From positions 1 through 54,743 of IMG/VR virus record IMGVR_UViG_3300022562_001216: a DNA stretch of 54,743 nucleotides; one strand, given 5' to 3'. Numbering within the stretch: position 1 is the first letter of the stretch; every line of letters begins with the position of its first letter. Positions 38,429 to 47,883 of the stretch are shown here, piece by piece. The position numbers were made by a program, and so were the translations under genes. The notes under the pieces are model-generated. The model was given only the letters and a program-made list of their open reading frames with translations. It was not told the origin of the DNA and searched no databases. Origin of the DNA: a virus (lineage: Duplodnaviria > Caudoviricetes).

Positions 38429-39166
38429 ATGGCGATATTGGCAGGCAACGGTATTTATGACGGTTCCACCATCACTACGTTTAATCCCTCGGTAGCGGCG
38501 GCGCGTAATTTCCCCATTTTGGCGTCGGGCACCATCACCGGTATTACGTTGTACTTTAACAATTCTGCCGGGCGTGATTTACGCATTGGTTTGTACGATC
38601 CCGACACACTGTTAAAACTGGCTGAAGTGTATTTGGGTGATATGGCCACGGGGGAAGTGTCGGGGGTGTTCGATACCTCTGTTCCCGTGACGGTGGGTGA
38701 CAACATTCGTATGGTTATTTCCATGGACGACTATTGGCACAGTGGCTGTAACAGCAATGGCTCGCAAAGCTGGAACAGCTATGTGATCACGTTTTCCGCA
38801 GTCGATGCGCTGCCTGCGGATCTGAACGGCGTCACCACCGGCAGCTCTACGGCGGAGTATGCCTTCGCATTTGACCTCACGGGCTCCACGGGCACGGGTA
38901 CAAATCTGGGCGTGCGCAGCAAACAGATTGTGCAACAAGACGGGGTAAGCCCCATTCCCGACGCCACGGATGCGCAAATCCTGGTACTCGATGGCTTTCC
39001 AAGCGGCAATGTGCTGCTCTCCAGCAATGCGGGGGTGATCAGCAATGGGGTGATTACGGTGGACGATAACGCGGTGGGTGCGCTCTCTGATGCCGTAGAA
39101 CTGGTGTACAAAAGCGGCGATTTCATGGGCATCACTGCCGAAACAGTCATTGACTTGGATGCGTAA
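38429..39166 (+). CDS. Virion surface/fibre protein (DUF4082-like N-terminus)
   Basis: GAGGT SD; shares N- and C-terminal modules with 36017-37090. Confidence 0.65.
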   Translation: MAILAGNGIYDGSTITTFNPSVAAARNFPILASGTITGITLYFNNSAGRDLRIGLYDPDTLLKLAEVYLGDMATGEVSGVFDTSVPVTVGDNIRMVISMDDYWHSGCNSNGSQSWNSYVITFSAVDALPADLNGVTTGSSTAEYAFAFDLTGSTGTGTNLGVRSKQIVQQDGVSPIPDATDAQILVLDGFPSGNVLLSSNAGVISNGVITVDDNAVGALSDAVELVYKSGDFMGITAETVIDLDA

Positions 39167-39168
39167 CT

Positions 39169-41544
39169 ATGACGATTAGAGCAAGCGTGGTATCAGGCAG
39201 TGTCTTAATCAGCGGGCGGGCCAATCTCGCCTCTTTGGGTGTCATATCCGTCAACAACGGCGCACCGCTGGTGGTGGGCGCCACAGCCACCATTGTTTTT
39301 ACCAGCGGCGCGGCCACCGGCACCACGGCCTGTGCGCTTAACGGGGTGGCGCAAACGAATTACACCGTGGTGGATGCAAATACCGCGACGTTTACCGTTG
39401 TTTTTCCGGGCTCTACCAACATCATCATGGGGCAAAATGCTACGTTAACGGTGGACGGCACTTACGCCTTTGTCTGCGGGCCATTGCAGCCCCCCGTGGG
39501 CTGGGCGTACAAAATCGCCAGCGGCTATGACAGTGCCAATGAAGGGGCGTTAATCACCTCAGACAACCCCATTGTCGATGGCGATTGCGCGGTGTATCAA
39601 ACCAGCGACAGCAACGGCAACCCGGTGGTGATGACGGATGCACTGATCCCACTGGTGACGGAGGCCAGCGAAGGCAACCCCATCGGCACCGTTGACGTGT
39701 ACTTGATCGACGCTGCGACCGGGGATGTATCGACCACCGAAAGCGTCAGCCCAGTACAGGCCGACACGGTGGACCCGGACATATCCGGCGGGCCTACGGC
39801 CATTAATATTGCTGAAAACAGCGCAGATATCAGCGTTACGGTGTCTGAAAGCTGCCGGGTGTATTGTTTGGTGTTGCATCCTGCTGCCACCCAGCCGAGC
39901 CAAGCGGCCATGGAGGCCTCGCCGCTCAACATTGCTCTGCAAGAGCTACAGGCGGGCACCCTGGCGGCCACCGGCCTGACGCCCAACACTCAGTACCGGG
40001 CGTGGGTGATGGCCAAAGACTGGGCTGGTAATGTTACCTTTGGGGTGTCCAACACCTTTACCACCGACGCAGGCAACCAAGCGCCCAGTGTTTACGCACC
40101 CGACAACACCACATTAATCTTTGAGTATGAAGCCGCAGGCCTGGCGCATTCAGACACCAATCTGCAAACGTTGCTCGACGGCGCCACCGCCAACGACCCG
40201 GAAGATGGGGTACTGGTGCCGACGCACAACCTGGCCAGCTTCCCCGATCCGTTGACAGAGGGCACTTACACCATTGTCTACACCGTCACCGACAGCGGCG
40301 GGCTCAGCGGGTCAGACAGTTTTGATTTGACGGTCCAGCGAGCCGCACAGGCGGATGTGGTGCCCACCGTGCCACAATTGCCTGCCGATGTGGTGAATGC
40401 CGAACCCAACAGCGTACATACGTTTGAATTTTTGGTGCAGGGGGTGGACCCTGGCTATGACGTGCAATACAGCTCGTCTGGTCGCATAGAACTGTCAAAA
40501 GACGGCGGCATCACTTGGACGACCGCAATCACAACACAACTTTCAAATGTGATTCGGGGCCGCTTGATCGCCTCCAGCTCGTTTAACACCAAATTAACTG
40601 GCACCGTCACCTGCCTGGCGGGCTCCGACAGCTTTGCCGTGACCACGCGGGCACAGGTGGTGCCAACAGTCGTGACGCACCCGCAGTCGGTCACAGTCAA
40701 TGCAGGCAGCGCTGTTGCCCTGGTGGCAGCGTTCACCAATGGCGTGAGCTACCAGTGGTACAAAGACTCTGTGGCCATTGTCGGCGCAACCGGCACGACC
40801 TATTCACCGCAAAGCACACCCAATTCCAGCGGTGACTACTACTGTCGTGCCACCAGCTCTGATGGGGTAGGGGTGAATACCAACGTGGCCACCGTGGTGA
40901 TCAATGCGGTGGCGAGCCCTGACCCGGTGATCATCTTGCAGCCTGAAACCACAACGGTGACGGAGGGTGAGCCTGTTAGCTTTTACGTCGATGCCAATAA
41001 TGCCATTGGCTATCAGTGGTACATGAGCGGGGTGATCCAGCCTGGTGAGACCGCGATGGTGTTTACGATTGACGAAACCACCCTTGATCAGAACTTGAGT
41101 GAGGTTCGCGTGGTGGTGTTTGGTGGCAATGGCACCAACGTCACGTCGTCCCCGGCGTTTCTGCGGGTGGATGAAAAAGACCCGTTTGAACCGCCTGATG
41201 TGATCATTACCCCACGCAATCGCATCGTCACGCTGAAAGCCGACCGCACTGTGCAAAAAGACTCGTTTAGCCAAGACCCTGATGAGCTGATGGATTATTT
41301 AGTGGATATCTCGCATTGGTTGACGGGCAACAGTGACACCATGGTTGAAGCGACTATCAAGCTGCTGACCCCTGGCATTGAGATTGAGTACAGTCGTTTT
41401 GATGCGCCTGCCGGCACCCTGCTGATGTTTTTGTCTGGGGGTGCGGAGGGCCGCACTTATCAATTTGAGTTCGAGGCGGAAACGGCGACAGGCCGCATTG
41501 TGAACGTGCATTTTGAGGTCTCGGTGGCCACCAATGTTTATTAA
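39169..41544 (+). CDS. Multi-Ig/FN3/HYR-domain virion protein with C-terminal fibre-adaptor-like domain
   Basis: TGLTPNTQY (FN3), ANDPEDG (HYR-like), HPQSVTV..YQWYKD..GDYYC (Ig), DPDELMDYLVDISHWL. Confidence 0.75.
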   Translation: MTIRASVVSGSVLISGRANLASLGVISVNNGAPLVVGATATIVFTSGAATGTTACALNGVAQTNYTVVDANTATFTVVFPGSTNIIMGQNATLTVDGTYAFVCGPLQPPVGWAYKIASGYDSANEGALITSDNPIVDGDCAVYQTSDSNGNPVVMTDALIPLVTEASEGNPIGTVDVYLIDAATGDVSTTESVSPVQADTVDPDISGGPTAINIAENSADISVTVSESCRVYCLVLHPAATQPSQAAMEASPLNIALQELQAGTLAATGLTPNTQYRAWVMAKDWAGNVTFGVSNTFTTDAGNQAPSVYAPDNTTLIFEYEAAGLAHSDTNLQTLLDGATANDPEDGVLVPTHNLASFPDPLTEGTYTIVYTVTDSGGLSGSDSFDLTVQRAAQADVVPTVPQLPADVVNAEPNSVHTFEFLVQGVDPGYDVQYSSSGRIELSKDGGITWTTAITTQLSNVIRGRLIASSSFNTKLTGTVTCLAGSDSFAVTTRAQVVPTVVTHPQSVTVNAGSAVALVAAFTNGVSYQWYKDSVAIVGATGTTYSPQSTPNSSGDYYCRATSSDGVGVNTNVATVVINAVASPDPVIILQPETTTVTEGEPVSFYVDANNAIGYQWYMSGVIQPGETAMVFTIDETTLDQNLSEVRVVVFGGNGTNVTSSPAFLRVDEKDPFEPPDVIITPRNRIVTLKADRTVQKDSFSQDPDELMDYLVDISHWLTGNSDTMVEATIKLLTPGIEIEYSRFDAPAGTLLMFLSGGAEGRTYQFEFEAETATGRIVNVHFEVSVATNVY

Positions 41545-41547
41545 TTC

Positions 41548-41580
41548 GCATACAAACCGACTACAAAGGGACTACAAATG
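41548..41580 (+). repeat. 11-bp hexamer array (3 units)
   Basis: GCATACAAACC-GACTACAAAGG-GACTACAAATG. Confidence 0.8.
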
Positions 41581-43221
41581 AAGCGTTTAGGCCAAGCGTT
41601 TACGGGTGAGTTCCCGATTTTAGAAGAGACCACGCTACCAGCAAATGGGGCGAGTGCTGCGATCAATTGCAAATTCTGGTCGGGTGGCATCAAAGCCTAC
41701 AAAGCCCCCGCATTTTACTGGACGCCCACCAAATCCGGCACCATCAAAACCATTTACCGCTATGCCGGCACGGCCAACGATCCCAACAGCGGCTATATTT
41801 TTCATTGGGATGCGGTGGTGGACGTGGTGCCGGGTCCCATCAAACAAGATGTTGATAAGCATATGTATTGGACGGGGGAAGACGCGCCGCGCTACACCTG
41901 GTTGGATATCGCAACCACGGACACCCTTTACCCCAGCAACTCATATTTGGTGGGCATTCCTGCCCCTGCCAGCGCGCCTACGGCCACACCTAACGCCGAT
42001 GGGGGTGTGGATGACACGGTTGATAAGGTCACTAGGGTGTGGGCGGTGACGTTTGTCAGTCCGAAAGGGGAGGAGGGACCACCAATTCTCAGCAATCAGG
42101 TGACTGTATGGCCAGATCAAACCACCACTCTGACGGACCTACCCAATGCTCCTTCCGGCAACTACAACATGGGAGTTGGGGCGTTTATGCGCATCTATCG
42201 CACCGCGACGGGCGAAGACGGGACCGGCTTTTATCTCGAAGGCGACGGCATAGCCATTGGAACGGCCTCATACGTTAGCAGTTTGGCCGATACGGCGCTG
42301 GGCGGCTTCCTCGAAACCTTGAATTGGGATGTACCGCTGACAGATTTGCACAGTCTGACCGCGCTTGCCAACGGCATCATGGCGGGCGCCAGCGCCAACA
42401 CGGTTTATTATTCCGAGCAAAACCTGCCTCATGCCTGGAACCCACTGAATGCAGACACCTTGAACGCGGATGTGGTAGGCATGGGCAGCTTTGACACCAC
42501 GCTGGTGGCCTGCACGGAAAAAAACCCCTACCTGATCACCGGCATTAGCCCGGACGCCATGAGCGCCTATGAATTGCAGGTGAATCAAGGCTGTGTCAGT
42601 AAGCGCAGTGTCGCATCGGGGGTGTATGGGGTGGTCTATGCCAGCCCGGACGGGCTCATTCTGGTGGGTCCAGCGGGGGAATATCGCAACATCACCGAAG
42701 GCTATTTTTCTCAAGACGAATGGCGGGCACTCAATCCATCTTCCATGATGGGGGTCATTCATGATAACGCATATTATTGTTTCTACTCAGCCGTTGACGG
42801 CACTCAAGCCGGCTTCATTCTTGATCCCCGATACACAGATGACGGTATTGTTCGTATCGGTACTTATGCAACAGCGGCCTTCTCCGATGCCCTCTCTGAC
42901 CAGTTGTTGCTGGTGGTCAACAATGAAGTGGTGGTGTTTGATCGCGGGGTCAACGGCTCATACCGCTGGCGCGGTAAACGGTTTGAAGAAGTGGTACCGC
43001 TTACGTTCACTGCCGCGAGGGTTATTGCTCGCTCCTACAACGATCTTACATTCACTCTCTTTTTAAACGGTAAGAAGTTTCACAGTGCGCGGGTGCGCAG
43101 TCGTGAACCGTTCCGCTTGCCGGGTGGGCGGCGGGTTTTCACTTGGCAGGTGGAGTTGTCGGGCACGGACGCCGTAACCAGCTTTGAGTTGGGCGAGAGT
43201 GTGGAGGATCTGATTGCATGA
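41578..43221 (+). CDS. Tail tubular/nozzle (DNA-stabilisation) protein
   Basis: FTGEFP, GEEGPP, RIYRT, SEQNLPHAW, QGCVSKRS, VVYASPDGL. Confidence 0.8.
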   Translation: MKRLGQAFTGEFPILEETTLPANGASAAINCKFWSGGIKAYKAPAFYWTPTKSGTIKTIYRYAGTANDPNSGYIFHWDAVVDVVPGPIKQDVDKHMYWTGEDAPRYTWLDIATTDTLYPSNSYLVGIPAPASAPTATPNADGGVDDTVDKVTRVWAVTFVSPKGEEGPPILSNQVTVWPDQTTTLTDLPNAPSGNYNMGVGAFMRIYRTATGEDGTGFYLEGDGIAIGTASYVSSLADTALGGFLETLNWDVPLTDLHSLTALANGIMAGASANTVYYSEQNLPHAWNPLNADTLNADVVGMGSFDTTLVACTEKNPYLITGISPDAMSAYELQVNQGCVSKRSVASGVYGVVYASPDGLILVGPAGEYRNITEGYFSQDEWRALNPSSMMGVIHDNAYYCFYSAVDGTQAGFILDPRYTDDGIVRIGTYATAAFSDALSDQLLLVVNNEVVVFDRGVNGSYRWRGKRFEEVVPLTFTAARVIARSYNDLTFTLFLNGKKFHSARVRSREPFRLPGGRRVFTWQVELSGTDAVTSFELGESVEDLIA

Positions 43222-45395
43222 CCAAGGTTGCTCTCAGCGCCGCAGGCGTGAAAGATCAGGTAACGCGCAAAGTGCTCACCAACATCATTGAGTTTTTGCA
43301 AGTGGGCGATGGCCAGAGACGCAACACGTCTGAAGTTTGGCTGAAACGAAAAGACTTGGATGCCTTGATTGGCTCCAGCATTCAAACCTTCTGGACCAGC
43401 CAGGGGGGTGCGGTGGGTGGCACGGGTGGCCTGCCTGGGGGTGTGGTGGTGGATGTGACGCCACCGGACGCGCCCACCGGCCTGGACGTGATTGACGGCT
43501 TTGACAGTATTTTCCTGACCTGGGATATTTCCAGTGATCAGCGGGTGGGTCAGGCCGTGATCTACCGCGCCAGTACCGATGATCGCGGAACGGCGGTGGC
43601 GGTGGGCACCACCTACGGCAACATCTACTCGGATGCTGCCAGCATCACCCGTGGTCAAACCTATTACTACTGGATTCGCTACACGAATCGATGGGATAAC
43701 ACCGTTCTGTCGGCCTGGAATGACAGCGCAGGCACGCCTGGTATGATGGTGCTGGACCCGGCGGTGCTGCTTGATGCGCTGTCAGGCGAAATTACCGAAA
43801 GCGAGCTATACCAAAGCCTACTGGACCGGATCAATCTAATTGACGCACCCACCACCGGCCTGGTGGATCAGATCCTGGCCGAAATCCAAGCCCGTACCGC
43901 TGCCGATGATGCTTTGGATACCGATATCACCTCGATCAACGTGACATTGAGCGACGGCACCAGCGGTTTAGTCGCGGCTCACGACAAAATCACTCTGGTC
44001 ACGGGTCGTATCGATTCGGTGGACGGCGCTAATAAAACCATTGAAGCTTTGGCCAGCCAAGTCAATGCTTTGCAAATCCAAGCCGATGCCGGGGACGACG
44101 CCCTAGCCACTGCGGCCTATAACAAGGCCGTGGACGTGGAAACCCGCATTAACAGTGTCGATGGCAACAGCACCACGATTGAGACCATGGCCAGCGATTT
44201 TGAGTCTTTGGTGGCCACGGTGGAGCATCCCACCAGCGGTTTGTCTGCGGTGGCCCAGTCAGTCAGTGATATTGATCTGCAACTGGTCAGCATCGATGGC
44301 AACATCACCGCCAACGCCAACGCGATCAACCAGTTGGGGGTGGAAGTCAACGGCAACAGCGTAGCGATTCAAACCGAATCCACGGCACGGATCACCCAAA
44401 CCGGCGAGCTGTACGGCCAATATACGTTAAAAATCGACGCCAACGGCGCCATTGCCGGCTTTGGCCTGGCCTCCACCGCCAACACGTACAACGACACGGT
44501 ACACACCAGCGCTCATTTCGCCGTGGATCGATTCTCAGTGGGGGCGCCGGGTGCGGAAACCATGAGCTTCGTCATCGATGGCACGAAAGTCGTGATGGAT
44601 GGGGCCTTCATCAAAACCGCCAGTATTAACGATGCGGCCATATCGACACTGGCCGTCACAAAATTGGTGGGCGATACCGCGGCCTTTGTCTCGGCTAACA
44701 TCACCGATGGCTCAATCACGAATGCGAAAATCGGCCAGGAAATCAAAAGCAGCAATTGGGTGGACGGTTCGCAAGGCTGGCGCATCAACAAAGACGGCAA
44801 TGCGGTTTTCCATAATATCTACGCACGGGGCAACATCACCGCCACCAGCCTGGACGTGACCAAAGCCAACATCGTGCATTCGATCCATCTGCGAGCGGAT
44901 ATCGTTGATTCGATCAACATCAAGGGCAACGCCGTTTTCGTGGCCGCAGGTGCTGAATTTACGGTGAATCGTCCGGCGGATGAAACCTGGGTTACGTTGT
45001 TTAATTTGCCCGTTAATACCGATGGTCTGGCGGATGGCCAGCCTTTTATCGTGGATATTCAGGGTGAGTTTAAAATCACCTGGCGCCAAAACACGGAAGC
45101 GGGCTATTACTATACCACGGTGTATTGCGAACTTTTTTGTTCGGGGCGCTTTATCCGTCGTTTTGTTTCCACGCGCCTGACTTCTAGCTATTCAAAGCCT
45201 AACTCCAATGGTACAGCGTTTTACCATGAAGCCATTGTGTCATTAGATCATCGGTTGCTGGATTACCCGGCGGCCAATCAAAACCTATCTTACGATTGTG
45301 TCATTTACGCTCAATACGAGGGGTTTTTGCCTTGGAATACCTTAGGTGGGGCGACGGTGACAGGAACGGCGGTGGCCATGGGGGGTAAGCGATGA
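43218..45395 (+). CDS. Tail tip/central fibre protein (FN3, coiled coil, DUF1983/J-like)
   Basis: YYYWIRY, QYTLKIDANGAIAGFGL, FAVDRFSV, AFIKTASI, ITNAKIG, GWRINKDG. Confidence 0.85.
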   Translation: MTKVALSAAGVKDQVTRKVLTNIIEFLQVGDGQRRNTSEVWLKRKDLDALIGSSIQTFWTSQGGAVGGTGGLPGGVVVDVTPPDAPTGLDVIDGFDSIFLTWDISSDQRVGQAVIYRASTDDRGTAVAVGTTYGNIYSDAASITRGQTYYYWIRYTNRWDNTVLSAWNDSAGTPGMMVLDPAVLLDALSGEITESELYQSLLDRINLIDAPTTGLVDQILAEIQARTAADDALDTDITSINVTLSDGTSGLVAAHDKITLVTGRIDSVDGANKTIEALASQVNALQIQADAGDDALATAAYNKAVDVETRINSVDGNSTTIETMASDFESLVATVEHPTSGLSAVAQSVSDIDLQLVSIDGNITANANAINQLGVEVNGNSVAIQTESTARITQTGELYGQYTLKIDANGAIAGFGLASTANTYNDTVHTSAHFAVDRFSVGAPGAETMSFVIDGTKVVMDGAFIKTASINDAAISTLAVTKLVGDTAAFVSANITDGSITNAKIGQEIKSSNWVDGSQGWRINKDGNAVFHNIYARGNITATSLDVTKANIVHSIHLRADIVDSINIKGNAVFVAAGAEFTVNRPADETWVTLFNLPVNTDGLADGQPFIVDIQGEFKITWRQNTEAGYYYTTVYCELFCSGRFIRRFVSTRLTSSYSKPNSNGTAFYHEAIVSLDHRLLDYPAANQNLSYDCVIYAQYEGFLPWNTLGGATVTGTAVAMGGKR

Positions 45396-46024
45396 AGTGC
45401 TATTTAGTGTACTCCGAAGACGGTCAAGTGGTGCAACGGATCAATGCCCGTGTGGCTCCACTGTTGCGTGATGGTCTGACGGCGCTGGAAGTTGACCCGC
45501 AGGATCGTTTAAGCGCAGGGGCATTAACGGAATTGAGAATCAATCTAGCGGGCGCTGAGCCCGTATTGGAAGCGCAAGAGTTGCCCGCAGAGCCGGAGTA
45601 TCCCCAAGAGGTGATTGCGAATATTAAAGGTTTGCGCGATCAACTGGAGCAGTCACCCATCACACTGACCATTCGTGGGGTTGAGTGCTCATTCGATTAC
45701 GACCGCACAGCCCGCGAGCGGTTGGAAAACGCCGATTCCTATTGGGATCAACTGGTTTACACAAAATCAGCGTATCAGAACGAGGAGCACATCGTATGGG
45801 CACTGAGCGACAACAGCACGGTGATGTTGAGCGAATCCGATTTGACCGCTGTGGTGTTGAATTTGTCAATGGCAGCGGCCATGCGAGCAGATGCACTGCA
45901 CGCCCATGCCCGCGAGCTGATTCAAGACTACGAGGCTGGTAATTTGGATGAGGATTATTTGGACCCGGCGACCTGGCCGGTGGCGGGCACCGTTATTTTG
46001 AGAGGGCGCAATCGTGATCAATGA
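45392..46024 (+). CDS. Tail fibre assembly-like protein (DUF4376-like)
   Basis: IKGLRDQLE, FDYDRTARERL, WALSDNS. Confidence 0.7.
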   Translation: MKCYLVYSEDGQVVQRINARVAPLLRDGLTALEVDPQDRLSAGALTELRINLAGAEPVLEAQELPAEPEYPQEVIANIKGLRDQLEQSPITLTIRGVECSFDYDRTARERLENADSYWDQLVYTKSAYQNEEHIVWALSDNSTVMLSESDLTAVVLNLSMAAAMRADALHAHARELIQDYEAGNLDEDYLDPATWPVAGTVILRGRNRDQ

Positions 46025-46232
46025 GAAAAACGTGGTGTACCTGGTGTACGACCGCAGCACAGGCCGGGTGCTGAGCAAAGTCGAGGGGGTGCTGTATGTG
46101 AACAATTTACAAGATCAAAACCTGGGGGTGCTGGAAGTGCCCGCGGTGGTGGATCTGGATCGACTGAGGGTGGACGCCAGCGATCCGTTGAACCCAAAAA
46201 TCATAGTGTCTGGTGCAAAATTGCGAGGGTGA
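46014..46232 (+). CDS. Small tail-associated protein
   Basis: LVYDRSTGRVL; resembles the N-terminus of 45392. Confidence 0.55.
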   Translation: MINEKNVVYLVYDRSTGRVLSKVEGVLYVNNLQDQNLGVLEVPAVVDLDRLRVDASDPLNPKIIVSGAKLRG

Positions 46233-46236
46233 ATAT

Positions 46237-47016
46237 ATGAAATTCGATAATTTGAAAAAGGACATTAAAAACAGCGGTGTTTTAAGCGAAATCCAAGAGT
46301 ACAACAACTGGAAATCAAACCCCTACGACGCGGAGGGCAACCGCACTCTGCCCCCCTCCATTGCGTTTAGCAAAAAAGTGATGGGCAACAACAAGATTTA
46401 CAACAAGTCTCACGAAATGGCTTACCAAGGCGGCTTGATGGACATTGACCGCTACGAAAGCAAGTTTGAGCCCGTCGCTGATGAGTACAGCCAGCGGGCG
46501 CTTAACTGGGACAGCGATCAGCGGGTGGAAGCCAACCAAGCCCGCAACGTCAACAGTCAACGCATGGGGCTGGCGCAACTGCGCCGCAACGCGGCTCAAG
46601 GGGGCATGAAAGGCATCCTCGATGCGGGCATTGTGGAAGCCAATGTGATGGGCCACGGCATGATGCAAGGCCAGCAGGCCACGGAATGGCAAAAGCTGCA
46701 AAAGCTGGCGACCTCATTGTCTCACGTCAACCGCACCGCCAGTGTGACTAATCAGGCCTCGGCCCAATGGGGTGGCATTCAAACTGCTCTGGCGCAGCAA
46801 AAGCAGGCCATCAGTGATGCGCTGTCAGCCCAACGCTCTGAATTGCTCGGCGAAGTAGCTGGGGGTGCTGCCGGCTACGCCTCCAAGGGCGGTTGGTGGT
46901 CATCCACACCGACCACGCGGGCGACGGGCTCCACCGGCCTAAGCGGTGATAGCTCGCTCTTATCGACGCCCAAGGGCAACACCAACATGCTGTCTTACAA
47001 CAACATGAAATACTAA
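46237..47016 (+). CDS. Putative internal virion/ejection protein
   Basis: GAGGG SD; A/G/Q-rich helical; position before the giant virion protein. Confidence 0.6.
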   Translation: MKFDNLKKDIKNSGVLSEIQEYNNWKSNPYDAEGNRTLPPSIAFSKKVMGNNKIYNKSHEMAYQGGLMDIDRYESKFEPVADEYSQRALNWDSDQRVEANQARNVNSQRMGLAQLRRNAAQGGMKGILDAGIVEANVMGHGMMQGQQATEWQKLQKLATSLSHVNRTASVTNQASAQWGGIQTALAQQKQAISDALSAQRSELLGEVAGGAAGYASKGGWWSSTPTTRATGSTGLSGDSSLLSTPKGNTNMLSYNNMKY

Positions 47017-47062
47017 ACGACTACAAGGCGCATACAAAGCGACTACAAGGCGAATACGGAGA
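47008..47062 (+). repeat. 11-bp hexamer array (4-5 units)
   Basis: GACTACAAGGC-GCATACAAAGC-GACTACAAGGC-GAATACGGAGA. Confidence 0.85.
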
Positions 47063-47067
47063 CGATC

Positions 47068-47883
47068 ATGGCGTACTGGTTTGAAAGGCAACGCATCCAA
47101 GCATACGGCGATCTGTTGCAGCAGGATTACTACGATTACTTAGAAAAAGGCCGACCGCTGGAAGACGCGATCTTGGAAGAGGCCGCAGGCGGCGACAACG
47201 AAGCCAACGTCAACAAGGCCATGCAGGCCTCCGACCAGGCCTACGACAACGCGGCGCTACAGACTAACCAGCAACTGGCCCGCTATGGCATCCGCTTAAA
47301 CGAAAACCAGCGCCAAGCCAAAGCCCGGCAATACGGGGTTAACAAGGTGCTGGCACGGGTCAACTCCGCCAACAACACCCGCTACAGCGAGTCCGAGCGG
47401 CAAGAGCAGGCGCGAGATCTGGCCATGGGTATTGGCTCCGACTTGTACGCCAACGCCCTCAGTAAGCTGGGTTACGCCGCAGAGGGGGCCGGTCAAGAGA
47501 TCCAGTTCCAGGAAGCCCGCAAAGCGGCCAAAAAATCCCGTCGAATGCAGACGGTGGGCACGGCGCTGGGGACCGCTGCCGCGGTGGCCATCTCTGACAA
47601 GAAAAAGAAGCAAAACATCAGCGACAACGACAACCGCATGAGCCTGCGCAAAATCCTGGGCATGAAAACCAAGAATTACGAATACAAGCCGGAAACCGGC
47701 AGAAGCCCCGGTCAGCGCACGGGGGTGATGGAAGATCAGGCACCGGAAGAAATGCGAGCCACCACCGCCACGGGTGAAAAAGGGGTGGATCTGGCGAGCT
47801 GGGTGGGTGAGTTGACCGGCGCCGTGCAGGAGCTGGCACAGCAACAGGATCAGTTACGCATGGGATTGAAGAGGAAAAGCTGA
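47068..47883 (+). CDS. Ejection protein with C-terminal peptidase S74 (autocleaving chaperone) domain
   Basis: GTALGTAAAVAI-SDKKKKQNI, YEYK, GVMEDQAP, LTGAVQEL. Confidence 0.7.
   Translation: MAYWFERQRIQAYGDLLQQDYYDYLEKGRPLEDAILEEAAGGDNEANVNKAMQASDQAYDNAALQTNQQLARYGIRLNENQRQAKARQYGVNKVLARVNSANNTRYSESERQEQARDLAMGIGSDLYANALSKLGYAAEGAGQEIQFQEARKAAKKSRRMQTVGTALGTAAAVAISDKKKKQNISDNDNRMSLRKILGMKTKNYEYKPETGRSPGQRTGVMEDQAPEEMRATTATGEKGVDLASWVGELTGAVQELAQQQDQLRMGLKRKS

Noticed and set aside
36017-46232. Diversity-generating retroelement acting on fibre genes
   Set aside because: No reverse transcriptase and no TR/VR pair with adenine-specific differences were noticed
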